A stretch of 64,000 bases of DNA, from NCBI GenBank assembly GCA_038496445.1, contig JALMLS010000216.1, positions 186,001 through 250,000 of the forward strand. Direction: 5' to 3'. The notes beneath the pieces were generated by a model. The model ran no database searches. It saw only the letters and a program-made list of their open reading frames with translations, and had not been told where the DNA came from. Positions 1 through 13,075 of the stretch are shown here, in pieces (position 1 is the first letter of the stretch; each line of letters opens with the position of its first letter). The position numbers were made by a program, and so were the translations under genes. This DNA comes from Trichosphaerium sp. ATCC 40318. Taxonomy: Eukaryota; Protista; Tubulinea.

Positions 1-2998
1 CTGCCTTCATTCTTTGAGCTATTTCTTTTTTGACTTCAAGAGATAACGAAACTTGCCACTCTGACTCTGAATCATCACTGACGAACTTGTCGTATATCCT
101 TGTTGCTTCTGAGCTCATTTGATCCATACCAGAAAACTCCATTGTCTTATATACTCTTAAATCCTTATAAAACAGCAAAACCTCGTTATTGTAGATTGAC
201 TTCAAGAAATTATAAAATTTCTGATAAAGAACTTCATTCGAGAAGATTTTCTCGAAAGTTAAGTTACCCTTCTTGTCCTTAGTTTGCTTCTTTTTCAAAC
301 TCTTCTTTTCAGAATTATCTTCATCTGTTTCACATAGATGAGATAAACGTAATAACTCATCTTCGTTGTATTCAATCGTTTCGTAGCAAGAAATATTACC
401 AATGTAATCAAGTAGGCTTGTATCTTTTTTCTTTTCAATATCAACATAAGCAGCTCTTTGGAATCGCAAAATTTGACCAAACCTATTTACAAAAAACCGA
501 ATAAATAAAAAGTGTCTATGCGCAGAAAGCAAAAAAAATTTCAAAAAAAACAAACAAATCAGCTTTGAATCGCAGCGGGGTAACATACACGGTAGCCAAA
601 AGAGTCATTTTCTCCCAGTTTACAAAAGTATGAACATCTTCAACAAAGTCGTGGCTTTCTTCAATGTAAAACAAATCACCCAAGATCATACCTATTACAA
701 ACAATCATTAAGAGTCTATTATTTGACGTAGTTAGTTGGAGAAAATAGAACGAACCTTGATAAGGGATGCAAGGAGGTACCGTGTGGCTAAGAACGTCTC
801 GATAGGTGCGGAAACCATGATCTTGACTCATTAACTTACCAATGCTCGTAAAAATGGCGGTAGACTTGCTTGGTATATCCTAGACCGAGATTTAATACGC
901 ACAGTTTGTTAAGCCAGTTACAAAAAATCAAACAGAAATGCTTTGTACCTTCCAAGTCTTTTTTAGCCTTTGCACAGCGAGTTTATTAAACGCCGAATAA
1001 ATTTGCATGACGCCTAGGCCAAATATTAGTCTCACTAGTAAAAGAAAACTACTAGTCTCTTTCGTCACGAATTCTAGGCATAAAAATACGCACCATTGTA
1101 ATTTTGGAGCACTTTTAGGTGATCCATAACAGCCATAAACTTTTGAATCTTCTGTGACCGTACGCGCTTGTGTGTAGCAGTAACAATCTCCGTTGCAACC
1201 CAGTAACTCACCATATTAAACCGTTGTATAATCCTAACGGAGATTAGCAACGAGAAAACAAATCCAAAAAAAAAAATGTACTACAAACGCGTAAAATAAT
1301 TTCAATTACATTCAACAAATGGTTTTTGTCGACAACTGCACTTCCGGCAAAAAAAAAACAACCAAAAATTCTTAACTATGCGTACTTTTGTATAGGATGT
1401 ATTCCACTATGACGCTTATCTTTTGGTGCTTTATCCCACGTTTTATGATAGTAATTTGATAGATCAACAGCCTACGAATTTATAAACCAAACTCCACGAG
1501 GTTTTTCTTTTCATTCAAAAAAAATTTATACCTTGAACAATGAATGATCTATAAGCGTCATTTGAATAGCAAGAGCGATAGGATCCGCATCAAGTAGGTG
1601 AATATTCTTTGGAGGATTGGGGTGAGGTATAATCAATCGATTTGCAGCCTCCGTTTTATATTGCTTCTCGTGGTTGGTCTACAACATGAGTAAATAACCT
1701 CCAAACGTGAACAGCACGGAATACATGAAAATAATAGCCACAAATAGAAAACTTGTAAAAAAAAAAAAATACGTACCACGTATGCTTGAATAGCTTCCGC
1801 CCAATGCTTCTCAGTGTCATTTCCCTATTACAACCATTTTCAGTAACCACCAGTAACGAAAAACTTTTTTAGAGTACCTTTGTGACCAGAAACGTAAAGA
1901 AGTTCTTTAAGAGCTTATTCCACTCCTTGTGTACTCTCAAAGAAGAGTATTTTAGTTCAATCCATTTTTTAATTACATTTATCACCCTAAAAAAGAACTT
2001 GTCAATCTTTGTTTTTACAGCTTTTTTTTCTGGTTTTCAGGAAAAACCAGACAACCTTCTAAATAAAAATTCGTTTGCGCTTACCTTAGCTGAATAAATG
2101 TGCGAGATTTATCGTCTATGATACCATCACTTTGTAGAAATTTAGGAGCACGGTAGCTTTGTATGAGTTAAAGATCGTTTTAATGACGAATCTACAAAAC
2201 CAAATAAAAAGCAATAAAAACAAAAATTATATTTCCTCTCTCTTTCGGATACTGGTTAATCATCATTTTTAGGAACTTCACAGTGTCTAAAAAGTACTCG
2301 TATGATAGAAGAAACGTATTGATGTAATTCTTGTCTAAAAAAAGAGTTTAGAGCTGCAATTACGCTATTTGCAAACGAGAGGTATTAAATTTGTGAAACG
2401 TTAGGCGTGGGTTCTTGAGCACACCAGTACAAAATCACATACCTTGGTATTTCTGGTCGGCTAATTTACCAATGAGGCAGTCTATTGTAGCCAATGAAAT
2501 CACCAGTTCGTCTTTGTCTCTGTAACGCATTTGTGATGCGGCTTGCTTTTGCTTCTCTACCTCGCGTAGGAGCTTTGCTCCGTCAGCCTTAGACAGATCT
2601 GTGTCGGAGGAAGTAGACTCTCCTAAATAACTGTCTGTGTCGTTGTTCGTTTCCTCACGGAGTATTGCTGCCTTTTGCTGTAGACTGTGTTCCCATGCGT
2701 TGAGGTTTGGTTCACTCAATCTTCTTCTGGGCTTCGTTTTGGCCGTATTGCTCTCCGAATTTTGTAGGGAGCGTTGTAAATTGCTGGGCTTCTTTTTTTT
2801 GCCCTTAGAAAGCCCTTTGCGCGATTTGCTTTCTTTGAGCGGGCCTCGCTCTGTGGAGCTTTCTTTCCTTCCCTTGTGCTTCTTAGGGGACGAAACGGAG
2901 CCTGTAGCGTTTTTCATGGATGAATGCAGTTTTGTTTTACTTCCTCTTGATGTACGTGTTTGTTGTGCGGCGTCTGCTTCAGTGGTCTGTTCACTCAT
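1..2998 (-). CDS. Ras guanine nucleotide exchange factor (RasGEF_N + CDC25 domain), multi-exon, 3' end probably runs off the window
   Basis: Spliced translation gives a REM domain (YINTFLLSYEYF...FIQLRVINVIKKWIE) and a CDC25 domain (PIALAIQMTLIDHSLF, IIQRFNMVSYWVATEIV, LQNYNG, PPCIPYQGMILGDLFYIEE, VNWEKM) after a basic low-complexity N-terminus. Confidence 0.9.
2157..2252 (-). other. Probable U12-type intron in RasGEF
   Basis: Donor GTATCCG; TCTTTAAC 10 nt from an AAG acceptor; the alternative pyrimidine-rich acceptor 35 nt upstream leads to a stop. Confidence 0.6.
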
Positions 2999-3103
2999 TG
3001 CCTCATCGTTTTACTGTATTATTGTACAATAACAGTAACTTAACGGGTTCTGTTCAATTTGGCATTTGGACCGTACATTGTAGCATAGTAGACACTGTCG
3101 CAT

Positions 3104-6100
3104 ATGGCAACTGTCAATCTCAAAAAAGGAGGCACCGAGGTGCTAACAAGCGAAATGGCGTGGCGTCAGTTAGAAAGCCCTGATTTGTTGCTGAAAGTAG
3201 AGGAGAACAGATTTTCGTGCTTTACAGCTAAAAATTTGAAAGAGCGCCAGTTAAAGTCCCTAGTAGACGGACAATTGATGGCAGCTAGTGACGCCTTAGA
3301 GAAACTGGTTTGTTGGTTGATAATAGACAGTTGTGCTAACACAGTATAGAAAACAACCGACAAGCTATTAGACCACCCTGTAAACAACAGGTGCGTGTTT
3401 ATAAATAAATTATTTGAAACTGCAAATAAAAAACGTTTGATTCATTTACTGTTCGCGTGGATTGATGCAAATGACTAATATTAACGTAGTTTTAAAAATA
3501 TAGCCGATCTTAGCGAAAGTGCTCATGTACTCATGTTTAAGCACTACAAAATTATCTACGATGTTAATGTAGCGCGAAACAACTTACTACGAACACATCA
3601 ACAATTAGAGCACATGTTGGCACTACCAAAAAAGGTTACCTTGCCATTCTTTTACTTCATCTCACGTGGTTTTTATTTGCTTACATATTTAATGTTCAGG
3701 TAAGAGAGATAAAGAGGCTGATGAAGAGTGACATTCATTTTTTTGAAGGTTTGAAATTTTTTGGGTTTCTGAACATTGTCTTATATTAATTTCTTAGTCC
3801 ACGAAGAATTGTACAGGCTCAATCACATGAAAACGGAAATACTTAAGGAGGTAGTCATGACGCTCATTCATAAGTGGTTAACACGGTAACTAGGCCAAGA
3901 GGCTAGCTAAAGTTGCAGCTGCGGAAGAAGGAGCAACTCCAGTTTCAACCACGAATACACAAAAGCCTGAAGGAGAAGAAGATGACTTAGAAGAGCCTAA
4001 AACACCGTCTACAAAGTTGATTGATAAAATGCAAGGTCTCACTCAAATACAAGGCGTTCAAGAACTCACAGAAGCATTTGAGCATCGACTATGGACTTTA
4101 TTAAGGGACCACATGTTTTTAGCGCGTGTACGCAACTCTTGTTTGAAACGTTTATTGGCGAGTACTTGTTTCTCATTTCTCTTTTGTTAGCATCGACCTG
4201 CAGTTTTAGTAAAAGTACTACAGATCATATTCAAAGAAGATCAGCGTGCTAGAGTAGAACATATGCATCGTGTAAAAGCGAACGAACGTTCTAAAAACAG
4301 AGACAAAAACGAGGATTTTGAGTATGATTCGGTGTATCATAACAAGATGATCAATTCTCTAAAAGATGGCATAAATCAGCGCTTTGAGGACTTAATTTCA
4401 AAGTGCAGGGATAAAGATAGCGGCCTATTGAAAGTATCAAAGTGTTTAAAGCAAACTACAAAACTAATGGAAGATCTTTCTAACGTTGTAGAATATGTTG
4501 TACCCTGCTTTCCTCCTGATGTTCCTATCTTTAAAATATACTGCCAAATGTATCATAACAGACTTCACGCTCTTCTGATGCAATTCTCTAATAATGGTGT
4601 ACCCCCTAAAGATATTATTCGGTTAGGTACGTTGCCTTTCTTCTTAGGGTTCTTCTAATTTCTGCAAAGTAAAATGGATTAAAACATACTACGAGCCACA
4701 AATTCTTAGGTTAGGAGGACCTAAACCGGAGGTACTTAATTAATAACAATCCGGGTGATAGCTAATTTTATCAAGGTCCCTCTGCTTGAAGCTATACAAG
4801 AGCTTTTGGATGAGTACAGGAACCACGTTTATGAACTAATGAAGGTTAGTACCACGCCTGTTTATCATCCTTGGTTGTCTCATTCGTTTTGTAGGAATGG
4901 GTTGATAATGTTGTTGCCAAGGACGAAGAGAAAGATCCTGTGACCGAAAACTCAAAGTTCTATACTTATGCACCTCAAACTATATTCGCATTTGTCAACC
5001 AGCAAATTGAGGTAGTCCAAGAAACTGAAGAGGACGAGGTACTAAAGAATTATTTACCCTTTTTTTTATTATTATCACGTTCGTTCGTAAGGCTTATCAC
5101 GATATTCTAGTTGCTGTATTTACTCATCGGTACTATATGTAGTATCTTGATATACTACCAAGGATGTATGATTACAAAGATAAATGAAGAAAGAGAACCA
5201 CCTCAAGAAAAATTATCTCTAGGGTATCTTATCGCTTTGGTTAATAACCATGATAAATGTTACGAGTACGTTTATCATTCTGAAATTAGTCACGTGATAA
5301 AACCGTTTTTTTAACATTATTTTTAAAGTTACATTGTTCAATTGAAAGCGAATAAACTCGCTCAGTTATCTGATAAGTACACAACTGAAGAAATACTTGA
5401 AGCATTCGAAGAGTGTCAGAATGGTAAAAGTTATTGTTTGATTTTTCTTTTCTAAAGGATTCTGTTTAGGTTTTCAGATAGTTATCAAAGAAGCAAGAAA
5501 GGAGCTTGTTAATGTTATTTTCTCTGATTTAGTCGAAGAAATGGATTCTTTCTTTGTTGATGCATACTATGAAACTCCTGTTCTTGAAAATGTTTTAACT
5601 ACTTTGGATGATTATTTCGGCGATATTCAGGCATATTTGATTGCAAGCTACTTTAAAAAATTAAAGGCTGAGTGTCTTGAAGTACGTACCACAAAGTAGC
5701 ACGATATTCTTTTTGCTATGTACTCACTTTTTATCCAGTACATTGTTATACAGATGGTTGCTTGCTTCATCAACGGAAAAGTCAGGTATACCCATTTACC
5801 GTTCCGGTATTTTTGCTAAGGAATATTCTAGTTTCCGAGATACAACGTTAAATAAACTAGAAAGCGATTGTCAAGCCTTGACAGAATGGTTCCAACAAAG
5901 AAAGCTTGGTAAAAAGTTTCTGGGAAGGGTTGTTGGTGTATTACTCGCCATCAAGCGTTTCCTTACATGCACTGCTGATAAACTTGCAAAGAGCTACAAA
6001 GATATGGTACTGGTTATCACGTGATTTTTTTTATTTAAGTTGCTTAGGTTCGTGTTTATCCTGATTTCACTGTGGCTATGTTAGAAGCTTTGATTTCTAG

Positions 6101-6415
6101 GAGAATTGATCTTAAAACAGATGCTAAAGGCCTTAGAGCTGTACGTTGTTGACAAATAGTGGCTTCGTTCTTTTGTGATTTTTGATCATGTTGATGGGTT
6201 TTTTTCCTTGCTGCTTGCTTGGCTGATTGGTTTTTTAGATATTTGACGAAGCAGAGCATTATCAAGTAGCAAAGCCTACTAGTACCATATTCACAAAAGC
6301 AGCAAAGTTTCAAAAAACCGTTGAAATGCGTACACGAGCTTACACAGCCCTTAAAAAAGGATTCCAACAAGTTGTCAATAGTGGTACTAATGTATTAGCT
6401 ACTGCTGGTACGTAA
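3104..6415 (+). CDS. EXOC3: Exocyst complex component Sec6 (EXOC3), about 16 exons
   Basis: Sec6-like segments: QLESPDLLLKVEE...QLKSLVDGQL, LVKVLQIIFKED, VVPCFPPDVPIFKIYCQMYH, YLIALVNNHDKCY, VLTTLDDYFGD; GT-AG introns join in frame. End at TAA 6413-6415 is approximate. Confidence 0.85.
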
Positions 6416-7032
6416 CGGTAGTTTAAAAAATCCCAAGCAACCCTTGGTATGAGAATGAATCGTAATGCAATACTAGGTGTGAGTGAGGTCCCAGATGCTT
6501 GAGATGTCATTTTCTTTGTAATAAAAAATGTTGTATTTAAATCGTAGGGTAGATTAGTAAGCACGATACAACTCGCTTTCGCTTTCCTAGGTTCATTGCG
6601 TGACTAGTCACCAGTGATTCAAAGAATGCTTCTTGTTTTTAGACGAAGAAAAAGTGTATGCTTATTTATCAATCATTTGTTTACACAACAAGTATGCGAT
6701 AAGTTTAAGACTGACGTTGAGTTTTATCAAAAGCGAATTCTGCAAGGCCTTTTCAACACATAGTAAAAGTTTGGGAGTTATTCAATGAGTGTGGTGAGCT
6801 TAAAACTGTCAAACGTTTGAGGGTTTTTTCAGAGGCGAATTCCACCAAGCCTTTTTGCTCTTGCGGACAAAGGTGAATTGATTTTTCCATTAGCAATGTG
6901 ATTTACAAGTATTGTTTCATTATTTTAGATTATATTACACTAAGCACCCTCTCCTATTACCCACACAGCTCAATCAACTATCAACATTAACTGTATGACA
7001 CTTTCATCTTGTTTTACACTCATTGTTCGTAG

Positions 7033-7988
7033 ATGGCTAACGAACTACAAATCACGTATCATGCGATGCTCAAACAAGCATTACCAAAAGCAGTAGAAGA
7101 TTTCCTGTCATCTATCGCTTCTGAAAATACTTCAACAGAATCAGTCGATTTCGTTAACTACTATGTGTCCCTACAAATCGAGCAAGTGAAAGATGGATGT
7201 ATCTCAACTACTAGGGACATTTTTACTACTATTCCAGAATTCGAGCCTCTACCAGGTAGAGCAGTAGGTCTTACTCCTTGTCAAAGTTCTATCGTGAATT
7301 TTGGTATATCGACATTCGGTACGCATCATTTAAGCACGTGATTGACCCTACGACCTTTTTTTTCAGGTTGTCGTTTTTTGAAATCAAATTTTCTTTCGAA
7401 CAGTTTACAAAATCAAGCGCCGCAATGGTATTGTAGCCTATTCTTTTGGTCGAAACAGCTCAAGACTTTTCGTAATAAATGGAATACGGTTTTTTTTTGT
7501 CACGTGTTTTTTTCTCAGTTTTTTTTTTCAGGTTTGTTCTTTGGTATGCTTGGTATTCGTACTTCAGTTGCTGAAAAAGCTTCCCGTAAATTAATGCAAG
7601 ATATGGGCGTAAAAACTTTGAATGGATTAGAGAGATCCATTAAAGCCATTCAAGATGCATCAGGAAACGTATCCAAAGCTAAAGCTGTTATCGCTTTTCT
7701 TGGTAAAGTCAAGACTGCTCTTGGTCTAAAGGCTATTTGGGGAGCAATAAAGTCCAGTATGAAGTGGTACGTCAAAGAAAGAATGAGAAAACAAGTACCT
7801 TTTCTCCTGTTTTAACTTGGATTTTTTTAAGGTATGACTGGGTTACTTCTGGTGTTGCCATCATCGCTCAATTGACAGCTTTCTTTGCTACTGACGGCGC
7901 TGCTTTTGTTGGAGAAATCGTGTTGGTTATGATTACTGCTGTTGGTTGGGCACGCGCTCTTGCTGCTGTAACACACGATTGTCACTAA
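7033..7988 (+). CDS. Uncharacterised helical protein with C-terminal hydrophobic hairpin (3 coding exons)
   Basis: Exons 7033-7318, 7532-7766 and ~7832-7988 splice in frame: ...CQSSIVNFGISTFGLFFGMLGIR...IKSSMKWYDWVTSGVAIIAQLTAFFATDGAAFVGEIVLV...; the true 5' end may lie upstream. Confidence 0.7.
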
Positions 7989-8597
7989 TTTGCATTGATT
8001 CATTCTTCATCTGCATTATATCCCGTATAACACTTCCTCAATTCTTACAATAAATTCTACTTACTAGTACTTAAAACTCGTGCAAAGGCAATCAAAATAC
8101 GTTCTAATACAATCTTTTCGGAACCTGTACATATCACGTGATACTCTTGTTTACCTCAGTAAAGAATATAAATTTCGCTCATTAACTTATGTTTCTGACT
8201 AGCTATAATACATCAGGTACCAACACTTATTGAAAAGTAGTACAAGATGTAGCTAGTCGCAAAATTGAGTAGGTTTACAAACCATTTGGGAAATTCCACT
8301 TACAGACTATTTTATGTATTGTTTGAAAAGATCCTACATGATACCATTGTATAAAACGGGTTACAATATGTATAAATAGAGCGACCTGAACCGCCAGAAT
8401 TGTCTTTTTGGAAAGCGGAGTTAAAAGTAGTTTGTTTGGATTTCATCTGTAAACGGAATGAAGCGTTAAAATTACACTACTACGTGCTAGTATTGTCGCT
8501 ATGTAGTAACCGAGTAGTTTGTAAAAACAATCTAAAAAAAACCCTGGCAGAAAACCCTGATACGTGTTCGCCCCAGTAACCTGTAACTAGCGCAATT

Positions 8598-10113
8598 ATG
8601 ACCACAAAAGTATGTTTCATCTGCAACCGCGATATCGAACCTGGCACGAAATACAAGACTACTAATACACAAAACTTCCACAGAGAGTGCTTCAAGTACG
8701 TCATAAACACTATAGCACGCTCCATGATCTCTAACGGTCTTTTAGATGTGCACAATGCTCAAAGCAGCTCGAGTACGAATACTGTACATCTGAAGGCAAT
8801 TTCTTCTGCTCTGTATGCTATGATAACAAATTCGCTCCAAAAGTAAGCAAAAAGCGTTAATTTCATTTTTCTAATCAATGTTGTAGTGCGCAAAGTGCAA
8901 CCAGCCAATTACTGAGGAACACGTACAATACAGAGGCACTCGATTCCATAACCACTGCTTCTCTTGTCTCAACTGTAACGTACGACATCTAGACCTCACA
9001 CAAACGTTGCCAATCCCATTATTAAAACGCGTTTTAGAGAACTTTGGACATTGATAATTTCTTCCGCGTTGAAGAACGCGGTCCATACTGCGAACCTTGC
9101 GCTGACAGATTAATAGCAGGTACACTCTAAACCCCTCCCTCTATCTCTAAATCTTTTTTTTTTTTTTCGCCTGTCAAGTTCACAACAAAACCGTCTTTAA
9201 TGAACAAAATGACGCGGAATAATACGCTAGGAAGCTGTAATTTTTTTTTCCTTTGCCTTTTGGGCGTTTTTTTGAGCCAAAACCTGCCGTTATTCGCTTT
9301 GTCTTTAACGCTTTTGCTTTATCTCTGAACCGTTAATTTACTTGTGTATAGGCGGTAGCGGTGGAAATCAACCACCTCCACCTCGAGAATATGCTCCTGA
9401 CCCTGTCATTGCTGAAACAACTGTTACAACCGCTGATGTTGAGAGTGCTTCTGATACTTCAAGCGAAAATATAATTGATGAGGTACGTATTATTTATACG
9501 TGTTCTGTTGTTGTCGTTCTTTTAGAACAAAAATTTTGCCAGAGGGTAGTTGCTGGCGTCTACCAAAAACCGGAAAACTATTTTTGTTTTTTTTCTATTT
9601 TGAAGAATGTTTTTTTTTGGCTTCTAAATGTTCCTTAGGTCACTGAGAAGCTTGGAGAGTTAGAGACTGACTTTCAGGGTATGTATAATATTTATTGTCA
9701 TACTATCCAGCCTATTTTAAAGGGCACTCGGAGAGTTTCTTTAGAAATATTTGAGTTTTTGTTTTGAATTATTGGTTTTTCTATTTCTGAAAAAACTTGG
9801 TTCTGTTGTTATAATCGCCTTTCTTACATTCTTGAAGCTGATGAGGACTACGGCATTTCAGCAGACGCGGACTTTGATGTTGACGCTGAATTTGGCGTTT
9901 CAGCAAATGTAGGGGTATCTGTAGGTGATGGATCATCATCTGATGATGAACTCAAAGAAGCAGATGCCGTCAATGTAAGTTTTTTTCTTTCGCGTCAGAG
10001 ACATGACGCTATGTTGCTTTTTTTTTCTTTTCAACTTTTCAGTAATTTGTGCTCACGTGTATTTGTTATTTTAGGCAGAATTGGATGATCTTTTGGAGGA
10101 CTTGGACTTTTAA
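8598..10113 (+). CDS. Two-LIM-domain protein with acidic tail
   Basis: CFIC...FHRECFKCAQC...FCSVC and CAKC...FHNHCFSCLNC...YCEPC LIM zinc-finger patterns across introns; acidic C-terminus ends AELDDLLEDLDF*. Confidence 0.85.
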
Positions 10114-10886
10114 TAACTACCCCATATTGTACGCACAAGAAAATAAATACAAAAAGAAAAAAACATACAAACAATACACCCTTGCTTACCAATTAGTTGC
10201 CGCTCTACTTTCGTTTTGTTTTTTCGAACAAGAAACAGTTTTCGCACTACGTAAACTTTCATCTTCAGGTTTTTCACGTAACTTTACAGTTTTGCCCGCA
10301 AAATCGCGTGTGTTGAGTTTTTCAGACATTTTGCTGGCCATTGACGCTAGGGTGATATATGGTCGTTTGTTTGGACCACTTTGTTGCGCTAGCACTTCTT
10401 TTGTCGTCATTTTAGTGCAATACAACTTCGAATGCAAAAATACATCTAATGGCACTTTACATTTTAACGGAATACTACTTGTCATAATACAAAGATGCAC
10501 TAAATTGTAGATAACTTCCTTTGTGCCACTATGGTGGATTGACTCAACAGTGTCGATCCAGTCTTTGAGCAACTGCAATGCTGTTTTATGCAACATTCAA
10601 AGTCAGCACTTTTTGTAATAAGGTCAGCATGCCACGTATCAAACTGTAAATATCTGATGGCTTTCTACGAAATCTACAACATTATTCGACATTAAACTTG
10701 CCTTCGCACCCTCTTGTCATGAAGCAGCACTATGTGCTCTGTTGAATGTAAAGGCTATCAAAATTACCAGAATCGCTTCAGTGAAATTAGCAACAGGATT
10801 ATACAGTGAAAAGCGAATTTGCAGTGCAAAAGATTATTGCTTAACGGGCTCTAACTTACCTATTATTTTACAAGAACTACCTGACC

Positions 10887-11654
10887 ATGAAACGTACACG
10901 TTCAGAATGTTATCAAACGCAATTCGACTGCCAACAGTCGAGATCAAATCTTTTCGCGAAACGTTTTAAGAACAATGGGTCAGTAAACGAACAGCTGGTA
11001 CTACCGTTGAACCTACTGTGCCAAGCACACACTGCGAGTCCAAACAAGCGAAAAATTGGTAACTTGTCATACTCTACTCAATCTACGAAAAGACCTCGTA
11101 CGCAATACGACGTTATGTCTGTTTCAACAAATGAGCCTGAGGGTATTGTAAAGTTCCAAATCCTAAAACAAATCGAACATCATTTCTCGCCTGCAAATTT
11201 CTACAACAGCGACTTTATGCAACGTATTTTTGCTCAGTGGCATAACTGGTTCCCAATCGACCTATTATTAAACTTTCGAAAGCTAAAAGGACTACTGAGA
11301 GAGTTAAACACATGCAGTATTGCTCTCATACGAGAAGTAGTCAAGATGTCAACGGTTATCGAAATGAACAATGAGGAGACATGTATCCGACCAAGAGACG
11401 ACATAACGACATCTAGACAACGTCTAACAACCTTTTCAGTCCATTTTTGGGTAAATTGCCCTCACGGTCAAGTACCGACGATTGAGCAACTGATGGATTA
11501 CTTTGGTTGCTCAGGACTTGTTGTTCGTATTAAAGTCTCTCGTCACAAGTCAGGGTACATGGCGAGAATTGAGTATAATAGTAGAGCTTCTGCTGTCAAC
11601 GCAGTTAAGCGTGGCCATAGGGATGGCAAAGTATTTTTAAATGTAGTACAGTAG
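10887..11654 (+). CDS. La-motif + RRM RNA-binding protein (LARP-like), intronless
   Basis: ILKQIEHHFSPANFYNSDFM...WFPIDLLLNFRKLK resembles the La winged-helix motif; PTIEQLMDYFG...MARIEYNSRASAVNAVK resembles an RRM. Confidence 0.7.
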   Translation: MKRTRSECYQTQFDCQQSRSNLFAKRFKNNGSVNEQLVLPLNLLCQAHTASPNKRKIGNLSYSTQSTKRPRTQYDVMSVSTNEPEGIVKFQILKQIEHHFSPANFYNSDFMQRIFAQWHNWFPIDLLLNFRKLKGLLRELNTCSIALIREVVKMSTVIEMNNEETCIRPRDDITTSRQRLTTFSVHFWVNCPHGQVPTIEQLMDYFGCSGLVVRIKVSRHKSGYMARIEYNSRASAVNAVKRGHRDGKVFLNVVQ

Positions 11655-12052
11655 AAAAAAGTTATAAGATGTAAATAAATAAACAAAATTTAAAAATAAC
11701 ATGTCTAAAACAGAATAGCGATTTCTACTTTTTTTCGAAATTATGGTAAAGCACGAACGCTCTTTTAACGGTTGTCTATTTGGTTGTTTTAACCACAACC
11801 TTTACAATTTTTGATCAAGCGAGTTGTCTGAGGTTTACCCTTTCATTGAAAAATCTATATCAACATAATAAATCAGATTAAACAAGTTGCCTAGAATATT
11901 GTACAGGCTGACGCGCAATGAACCAAAATTATTACTTGATACTGATAAACAGACTTTAATTACATATTTTATTTAAATTGTTTAGTTTTGACACATGGTC
12001 CTTTGGCGTGTCACGGAGTTTTAAGAAAAATTGGATTGTATATATTCGTTAC

Positions 12053-13075
12053 TTATGCTTTCGAGTTGTAAAATGACGCTAAAATGAAGCCAACAGATAC
12101 TCTATTTCCATCATCGAGTGACAAAGAATCTTTTTTTTTGTTCGTTGCTGGATCGTGATATCCATAAGGGCTTACTTTTATACAATGATCAACAGCTCTG
12201 AATCTACCCTTTGATCTCTCTTCTAAGTCCTCACCTACCTTCAACAGACATTAAAACTACCTTTACATAAAGACACAACGTCAACATACCAGTAGAACAG
12301 CCTCGTTAGGATCAAGAGTATTTTCCATATCAAACCAAGTATCTTTTTCTGTATTTTGGTCTTCTATAAACAACTTGCTTACTGATTCATTATCTGATGC
12401 TTTTCCAAATATAACAGTAACAAATCCACGGTCTTTATGTTTATTAAGAGTACCGTAGTTGTAGTTGAAGAAATTAATAAAAGATTGTTGAAAACCGAAA
12501 TCTTCTTCCTTGCTATAAGGCGCATGGCGAAAAGGAAGGTTACAGCTAAGGTCGAATGGCGTCTCTTTAGTGTTATACCGCGGTAAATGCAAGCCTGATA
12601 CCTAAAAAGAGTATATCACTATACGTCTGAATAGTCTGAATAGGATGAAACGAAAAATCCTTCTCGTTTTGAACTAGGTGTCAAGTTGGTTTTTTTTGTC
12701 AGATATTGACAAAATAGGACATACTCCCTTGTTTGTTTGGTAAGTCATAAATAACTTTAACGTACGTGTTTATCAATAGCATTTACAGATAAAATAGCAA
12801 CATTGTAGAGTGCGTTGAAGCTTTCTTTGGTAATCTTGTCATACTTGATTTGGTCCTCAGTAATGTCAATGGAAGGAAACCGGAATGTTTTGTATGCTTT
12901 AAACTCATCTATTCTGGTTTGAATTGTTCTGATGTGCTTTTCGGGTAGTCGGATTCTTGAAAAGCCTTGGCTGCTTGTTAAGAGTGAAATCATCTTAAAC
13001 TCCGTACTTTTGTAGGTTATTCACCAGTGATTGCTGTGTTGTAGTGTTTGTGGCTAAATGTTCAAAACTCACCAT
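12053..13075 (-). CDS. 2-oxoglutarate/Fe(II)-dependent oxygenase-like protein (IPNS/PcbC type)
   Basis: HKDRGFVTVIF (HxD), VGEDLEERSKGRFRAVDHCI (distal His), NRVSVGF (RxS); N-terminal LQNQGFSRIRL. Confidence 0.7.

Noticed and set aside
10186-10720. Minus-strand ORF of 136 aa between the LIM and La genes
   Set aside because: No domain and no consistent splice model; it may be a real orphan gene but cannot be supported.
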